Positions 58,606 through 64,000 of a DNA stretch of 64,000 nt are shown one piece after another. This stretch comes from Alphaproteobacteria bacterium. Lineage in GTDB: Bacteria > Pseudomonadota > Alphaproteobacteria > Bin95. Under the pieces are notes generated by a model. The model saw only the letters and a list, made by a program, of their open reading frames with translations, ran no database searches and was not told the DNA's origin. Both the position numbers and the translations under genes were made by a program. Each line of letters starts with the position of its first letter. The first letter of the stretch is position 1. The stretch covers positions 2,368,001 to 2,432,000 of the forward strand of contig OZ224045.1 of assembly GCA_963665325.3 (NCBI GenBank), in the 5' to 3' direction.

Positions 58606-59692
58606 CGCCCTTCTCCGGTCCACGCGCCAGATACTCGCGCCATTTGCGCACGGTCACTTCCTGAAAGGCCTTCACCACCGGATTGAACTCGACGGGACGG
58701 GCGTCCCAATGTTTCTCGTAGCCCTCCTGCTCCGCTTCGAGCGCAAATTGGTCCTGGGCGAGCAGGGGGCCGATAAGCACACGGTTGGAGATATTCATGA
58801 CCGCGGTCATGGCGAAACGGGGAATGCGCACCGGGAGGAAAGGTATCTTCAGCGACTTGAAGTAGAACAGGAAGAACACCCGGGTGGTGCGCTCATCCAC
58901 AGGCAGTACGAAAAGCCAGTGCTTTATCTCGTCGTCGGTGTTCGACCACTGGTAGGGATATTCGTAGCAGAGCTTCATGCTGTTGGTGTCGAGCCGCTTG
59001 TGGTCCACGAACAGTCCGGAGATGCGCCCGCGCCCGACGCGGGTGTCATAGGCGAGATGCACATCGTCCCCGACGGTCTCGCAGGAGACGAGCTCGGCTC
59101 CGTCGAAGGGCCGGTAGCGGCGGTGCAGATGCGCGTGGGTGAAGTCGCTCACATTGTCGATCACCATCGAGTGATGCGCCGACCAGGTGAAGCGCAGCGG
59201 CACGCAGGTCCACCGGCCAGGGCCCTCAAGCTCGGGAATGTCCGGAATCCGGCGCATTTCGGCCTGCTCAGGATCCCCGGGGAAGAGCCAGATCAGGCCG
59301 TAGCGGACCTTCACCGGATAGGTCTTGAGCGCGAGCCGCGGAAAGCTTCGCCCGTTGCCGTCATACGGGACCCCGGCCGGACGCTCTTTTCCACCGTACT
59401 CCCAGCCATGATAGGCGCATACCAGCCGGCACCCTTCCACATGGCCGATGGAGAGCTTGAGCTGGCGATGCGCGCAGCGGTTCTCGATCGCCTGGAAGGA
59501 GCCGTCCGTTCCGCGAAACAGCGCAATCGAATGTTTCCAGAAGACGACCTCGACCACCGTCCCCGGCTTGACCCGGCGCACTTCCTCGACCGCATACCAG
59601 TAATTCGGGTCCATACCCGCGGCGCGCGCCTGCTGACGCAGGGTGCCCGCGTCCTCGAACCCGGGCGGGTGTGCACTCGGCGCCGGCGTCAT
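58592..59692 (-). CDS. Rieske non-heme iron oxygenase, putative sterol C-4 methyl oxidase (SdmA-like)
   Basis: CAHR..CAYHGW, NVSDFTHAHLH; function inferred from operon context. Confidence 0.78.
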   Translation of the reverse strand: MTPAPSAHPPGFEDAGTLRQQARAAGMDPNYWYAVEEVRRVKPGTVVEVVFWKHSIALFRGTDGSFQAIENRCAHRQLKLSIGHVEGCRLVCAYHGWEYGGKERPAGVPYDGNGRSFPRLALKTYPVKVRYGLIWLFPGDPEQAEMRRIPDIPELEGPGRWTCVPLRFTWSAHHSMVIDNVSDFTHAHLHRRYRPFDGAELVSCETVGDDVHLAYDTRVGRGRISGLFVDHKRLDTNSMKLCYEYPYQWSNTDDEIKHWLFVLPVDERTTRVFFLFYFKSLKIPFLPVRIPRFAMTAVMNISNRVLIGPLLAQDQFALEAEQEGYEKHWDARPVEFNPVVKAFQEVTVRKWREYLARGPEKGDAHV

Positions 59693-60849
59693 GTCGGGCT
59701 CCCGTCGGGCATTGCCTGCAAGCCCTGGGGCGGTGCGGGACTTTCCGCCTGTCTCGCAGCGCACCGACCCGGGACGTCCGCACGGGGTCGTTTCGCCCGC
59801 GGATTCCCGATCGCGTTGCGGCCGTAGTGAAACGCATAGGCCTCATGGACCGCATCGCGGATGCCGGTCGGCCGGTAGCCGAGTTCCCGTTTCGCCTTGC
59901 CGAGATCGGCGTGGCGGCACTTCTTCAGCAGGCGTATGGCGCCGGGGGTGAAGCGCTGGGGAAAGCCCGGGTGGAACCGGCTCAGGTAAAAGCTCGCCAT
60001 CTCCGAAAAGACGAGCATCAGGCGGGTCGGAATCCGCCGGCGCGGCCGCGGGATTCCCGAGACCTCCTCATAGAGGCCCACGATCTCCGAGATGGTCTTG
60101 TACTCGCTGCTGAAGATGTATTTCTCGCCCGAGCGACCGAGGCGCATGCACAACAAATGTCCTTCGACAATGTCGCGTGCCGCGACAAACTCGAAACCGC
60201 CGTCGATATAGGCGCGGAGCTTGCCGTCGGTGTAATCGCACAAGGTTCTTCCCAGTCGCGAGGGGAAGAAATCGGCGCCTCCCACCACAGCACAACATGT
60301 TGCGACCACGACATCCTGTCCCGCCGCCGCGGCGCGCCAGCATTCCTGCTCGACGAGCGACTTGCTGCGCTCGTAGGGCATCGTGCGCTCCATGGGATAG
60401 AACAGCATCGTCTCGTCGCTGGGCGCGGACGGGTCGTCCAGATCGTAACCGACGGCGCTGAAGGAGCCGGTCACCACCACCCGCCCGGCCTCGGCTTCCC
60501 GCGCCGCCTGCAGCACGTTTCGGGTGCCGAGGACATTGCACTCGAAGATTTCCCGGCGGTGGGCGCGGTTGCCTTCGATGGTCGAGATCTTGGCTGCGAC
60601 ATGATAGACGCCCCGACAGCCGGCGAGCGCCTGCCTTACGGCATCCAAGTCCCGAATGTCGCCGAACGCGTGTTCGACATCGAGGCCTTCCAAAGCCTCG
60701 TTGTTGTCCTCATGCCTCAACAACACCCGGACCCGCACGCCGTCGTCGAGCAGCCGGCGCACGAGATTGGCGCCGACATGCCCGGCCGAACCGGTAACGA
60801 AAACGGGCGGCGTCGATGAGCCCGGCGGTATGCTCGATGCTGAAGCCAT
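59689..60849 (-). CDS. Extended SDR / 3-beta-HSD-like oxidoreductase, putative C-4 decarboxylase/reductase (SdmB-like)
   Basis: VTGSAGHVG, GDIRD, YHVAA, NVLGT, YERSK; stop overlaps the Rieske start (ATGA). Confidence 0.78.
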   Translation of the reverse strand: MASASSIPPGSSTPPVFVTGSAGHVGANLVRRLLDDGVRVRVLLRHEDNNEALEGLDVEHAFGDIRDLDAVRQALAGCRGVYHVAAKISTIEGNRAHRREIFECNVLGTRNVLQAAREAEAGRVVVTGSFSAVGYDLDDPSAPSDETMLFYPMERTMPYERSKSLVEQECWRAAAAGQDVVVATCCAVVGGADFFPSRLGRTLCDYTDGKLRAYIDGGFEFVAARDIVEGHLLCMRLGRSGEKYIFSSEYKTISEIVGLYEEVSGIPRPRRRIPTRLMLVFSEMASFYLSRFHPGFPQRFTPGAIRLLKKCRHADLGKAKRELGYRPTGIRDAVHEAYAFHYGRNAIGNPRAKRPRADVPGRCAARQAESPAPPQGLQAMPDGSPT

Positions 60850-60864
60850 CGGAGAGGAGTTCCG

Positions 60865-60921
60865 CTATGGGGAACGCGGGTGCGCGCCCGTTCGTGCTCC
60901 CCAATAGTGCGGCATCTTCAT
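60865..60921 (-). other. Putative 18-codon upstream ORF (MKMPHYWGARTGAHPRSP)
   Basis: GGAGG-7nt-ATG at 60921, TAG at 60867-60865, in frame with the SDR gene. Confidence 0.4.
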
Positions 60922-61213
60922 GACTGTACCTCCATCTTCGGGATGACCCCCGCGCCGACCGACCGGTGCGATGCCCAACAAAGCAGAAACTAGATGGCTC
61001 AATACTATAATGTCCAAGACGATTTAATCATATTGTTCATGAGATTTTCCAATGGATAACCCTGCCGCGGCGCACTCCGAAAAGCGGGTTTCCATTTCCG
61101 TCCCGACCCTCTCCAGACGCGTCCTTGAATAAGGAAAAACGCCCAAATGTCAATAATGCTACTGAGTCAGGCGCTCAACTTCCCGTGCTCCGCCAGAGCT
61201 GCCGCAGGCACCG

Positions 61214-61596
61214 GCTGCATGCCGCCAATGTTCAGGACCGCGACGGCGCGCCGGACGTGCTGAAATCCATACGCAATGCATGTCCCAGGCTCGGCCGCCT
61301 GTTCGCCGATGACGCCTATGCCAGGCCGAAACTGCGCGGCGCCTTCGACAGGATCGGAAAGCGGTCGCTCGAGATCGTCAAGCGTTCCGACAATGCAAGC
61401 GGCTTCGACGTCATCTCCAGGCGATAGGTCGTCGAACGCACCTTTGCATGGCTTGGGCGCTGTCGACGGCTCCCACGGGAACCCGAAAAATCCATCGCCA
61501 CCAGCAAGGCTTGGACGGCCATCGCACACATCCACCTCACAAACCGGCACCTCAAAAGGCCATGTCATCATTGACCGGCTTCCGAGCCGGGCTCTT
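61214..61596 (+). pseudogene. IS5-family transposase C-terminal remnant with in-frame stop
   Basis: HAANVQDRDGA..LFADDAY..RR*VVERTFAWLGRCRRL (TAG at 61425-61427 in place of conserved Trp); end-like TTCCGAGCCGGGCTCTT at ~61580-61596. Confidence 0.85.
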
Positions 61597-61960
61597 CGGC
61601 AGCCGAGAAGAACACACTTCATGACGATCTACCTGATGGGAGGCGAGGTCCCTGTCTCGCTTCCGGCATCCAAGACGGGTATTAACCGGCTGAAACCCAC
61701 CCCGGTGAAAACTTCCTACCGCGGCCTCGGTGCACGCCGCCTACGCCCCCGACTCCCGCCAACAGCGGAACGAGAAGTCCGCGGCGCTTGACACGACCCG
61801 GGAAACACACACATTAGGTCCGACGGTGCCTGGACCGGTTGGGTAAACAGCGACGGCGCGAGCACTTGGCCGGATACGCAGATCGACGCCTTGCAACGAT
61901 AGCCGAATTATACGGTGCCCATTGCTGGAGGCCAATCGCGTCAACAGAGAGGCTTTTGAT

Positions 61961-63340
61961 ATGAACTCACCCAGTCCTTTGAACCTTCCGGAAGAGCTAA
62001 TCGTAATGCTTCTCAACGAGCAGACCGGATATTTTTACCAAGTAGAAGGCTGGACATTGAACTGCGTCATCATTGGTGCAGTCCTGGCCGATCTATCACT
62101 GAAATCGCGTATCGATACAGACGAAGAATCGCTCTTCTTGGTCGACTCAACTAAAACAGGAGAACCGATACTCGATCTATGCTTGGAAGAAATCAAATCG
62201 CACCCCGATCAACAGAACACACGTTACTGGTTAGAGAAACTTACGGTTCATTCGGAAACCATTATCGATGCTACGTTAGAACGCTTAGTTAACTTAAAGA
62301 TTTTTACGCATCATGATGGCGGATTCTATACACTCAACCACTCCAACTGGCATAACATCAAGTCCGAGATTGAACAAGTGATCTTTACCGATACTATTCC
62401 CAGTCCCAGAGATTCTTTGATAATTGGTCTTTTGAACGCTTGCAACATCATTCGCTTTATCTTCGAACTTGACGATGACACGGAAGTCAAAATCAAATGG
62501 ATTTGCAACTTGGAAGCAATTAATCGAAAAATGTCCTCCAGCCTGGAACAGGTTATAATTACTCCTGCTATACGATCCACGCCTCTCAGTAAAAAGATTC
62601 CAAAGATTTCTCTGAAGGACCTTTTATCAAATCGACGCTTCTGGGACGGAAATGTTCCAGCACTAATTGCAAGTATCGCTAACCAACATGGCCCCGTCTT
62701 CCAGTTGCAGCTGCCATTTAAGAAGCCGACCACCTTTCTGGCCGGGCCCGAAGTTAATCGATGGGTACATCGGAATGCTCGTACGCATATGACTTCCGGA
62801 AATTATTTTCGCGAGTTAGAAGAGGCCTGCGGCGCACAAGGCTTAATCACGTCCCTGGATGGCGCCGACCACTTTCGACTCCGCAAAGTGATGAGGAGTT
62901 ATTACTCGGCAAGAAAATTCATTGAAAGACTAGATGACGTGTGCAAATTACTCCGGCAATATATGTCAAATCAGAACTGGCAACCCGGATCTGTAATAGA
63001 AGTAAAGCGCGATACTCGTCTGATGATTAACTTACAAATGACTCAAATTACCGTCAGCACCGATTCGCAGGATATTTTTGAAGAACTGGTCGCGTGGAAG
63101 GAAAGAGCGTCCAATTGCTACGTTGGGCATCTGATGCCGAATTTCATGGCACGCACTCCGGCGATGAACAAGCGCTTCAAACTTCTTGGTGCCTTTATGC
63201 GACGAATCGAACAAAACCACACACCCTTTCAACGCGCGGGGGCGGTTCGGGAACTGGCGGACGATGTGTTCAGTTTACATCGCAGCGACCCCCAGTTTCT
63301 TCCGGAACAGAATCTAGGTCGTGGACTCATAAGCACGTAG
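61961..63340 (+). pseudogene. GPP34 (GOLPH3/Vps74-like) domain fused to cytochrome P450, interrupted by IS
   Basis: N-terminal LNLPEELIVMLLN..G..GAVLADLSLKSRI..LERLV; C-terminal HGPVFQL..LAGPE..SLDGADHFRLRK; breaks before helix I and heme Cys at the IS junction (63316/63317); AT-rich. Confidence 0.75.
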
Positions 63341-63742
63341 CCAGAGTCTGATAGTTGCGATCTTGATCATGGCCAGGAAGTTGGCCGCGAGCTTTTCGTA
63401 GCGGGTGGCGATGCGGCGGAACTGCTTGAGCTTGTTGAAGGCGCGTTCGATACGATTTCGCAATCGATACAACAGTTTGCTGAAGGCGTGCCTGGTCTTC
63501 GCGCCTTCTCGGTCGGGGATGATCGCGACGGCATCGCGTTGCTCGATCAGCTCACGGATCCATTTGGCGTCATAGGCCTTGTCGGCGATCAGGAAACTGT
63601 CGGGCGGCAGGTTCGCCAGCATGGCGCCGGCGGTCGTGCTGTCGTGTGCCTGGCCGGGGCTGAGGTCGTAGCGGATCGGCAGACCGGTAACGTCCGCCAC
63701 GGCGTGGATCTTCGTGGTCAGTCCACCACGGGAACGACCCAT
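63314..63742 (-). CDS. IS5 transposase OrfB (DDE part)
   Basis: GRSRGGLTTKIH, IADKAYD, RNRIERAFNKLKQFRRIATRYEK. Confidence 0.9.
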   Translation of the reverse strand: MGRSRGGLTTKIHAVADVTGLPIRYDLSPGQAHDSTTAGAMLANLPPDSFLIADKAYDAKWIRELIEQRDAVAIIPDREGAKTRHAFSKLLYRLRNRIERAFNKLKQFRRIATRYEKLAANFLAMIKIATIRLWLRAYESTT

Positions 63743-64000
63743 GCAACGATCCGGACCCCCCTTTTTGCACCCGCCGCGTGCTGGTGAACCCGGACGCTCG
63801 AACTGTCGATCATCTGCACGTTGCTGTCGTAAGCCTCCACCACCGCATCCATCAACTGATCCCAGACGCCCTTCTTGCGCCAGCGGTTGAACCGGTTGTA
63901 GCAGGTCGTATAAGGCCCGTAGCGCTCCGGGAGGTCACGCCACGGCGCCCCCGTGCGAAGCACCCACAGAATGCCGTTCAACACTCGGCGATCGTCCACC
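63317..64000 (-). mobile_element. IS5-family (IS427-like) insertion sequence, runs off the window end
   Basis: End GGTCGTGGACTCATAAG next to CTAG/TA target; two overlapping transposase ORFs. Confidence 0.9.
63718..64000 (-). CDS. IS5 transposase OrfA (partial)
   Basis: DDRRVLNGILWVLRTGAPWRDLPERYG..YNRFNRW..MIDSS; slippery AAAAAGGGGGG at 63766-63756. Confidence 0.9.
   Translation of the reverse strand, partial: VDDRRVLNGILWVLRTGAPWRDLPERYGPYTTCYNRFNRWRKKGVWDQLMDAVVEAYDSNVQMIDSSSVRVHQHAAGAKRGVRIVAWVVPVVD

Noticed and set aside
52656-60849. Hopanoid cluster (SHC plus HpnA-like SDR)
   Set aside because: The cyclase has DCTAE rather than DXDD and is fused to an epoxidase; CYP51, ERG24-type and SMT genes point to sterols.
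56087-60849. Steroid degradation cluster (KshA/3-beta-HSD)
   Set aside because: Genes are coupled to biosynthetic SE-OSC; no kstD, hsa or kshB-like genes are present.
51677-60849. Eukaryotic contamination
   Set aside because: Intronless, operonic with overlapping start/stop codons and composition similar to the bacterial flanks; long-read confirmation is still advisable.

Overview
High-GC bacterial window, most likely Alphaproteobacteria (inferred from the alpha-type LptD, ATP12, pccB and an IS427-type element). The many Fe/2OG and flavin oxygenases, CoA enzymes and transporters are compatible with a marine host-associated heterotroph, but that is inference. Bases 1-51228 hold catabolic and housekeeping genes: a TMADH-like flavoenzyme operon, pccB, a VKOR-Trx fusion, a partial soxYZ-cyt c-soxF module, lptD, ggt, tctBAC, tRNA-Gln and a hydantoinase A/B fusion. 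They also contain a repeat-rich intergenic element (~16.4-16.9 kb) and a small ATPase/toxin-antitoxin insert marked by a duplicated gene end. The highlight is a compact sterol biosynthesis cluster at 51677-60849. It comprises a sterol C-24 methyltransferase converging on an operon of SDR (SdmB-like), Rieske oxygenase (SdmA-like), ERG24-family reductase, CYP51 and a squalene epoxidase-oxidosqualene cyclase fusion (DCTAE motif, apparently atypical active site). The cluster is bordered by IS scars and followed by an AT-rich GPP34(GOLPH3)-cytochrome P450 fusion gene cut by an IS5-family element. All family calls are by-eye motif recognition; no searches were run.
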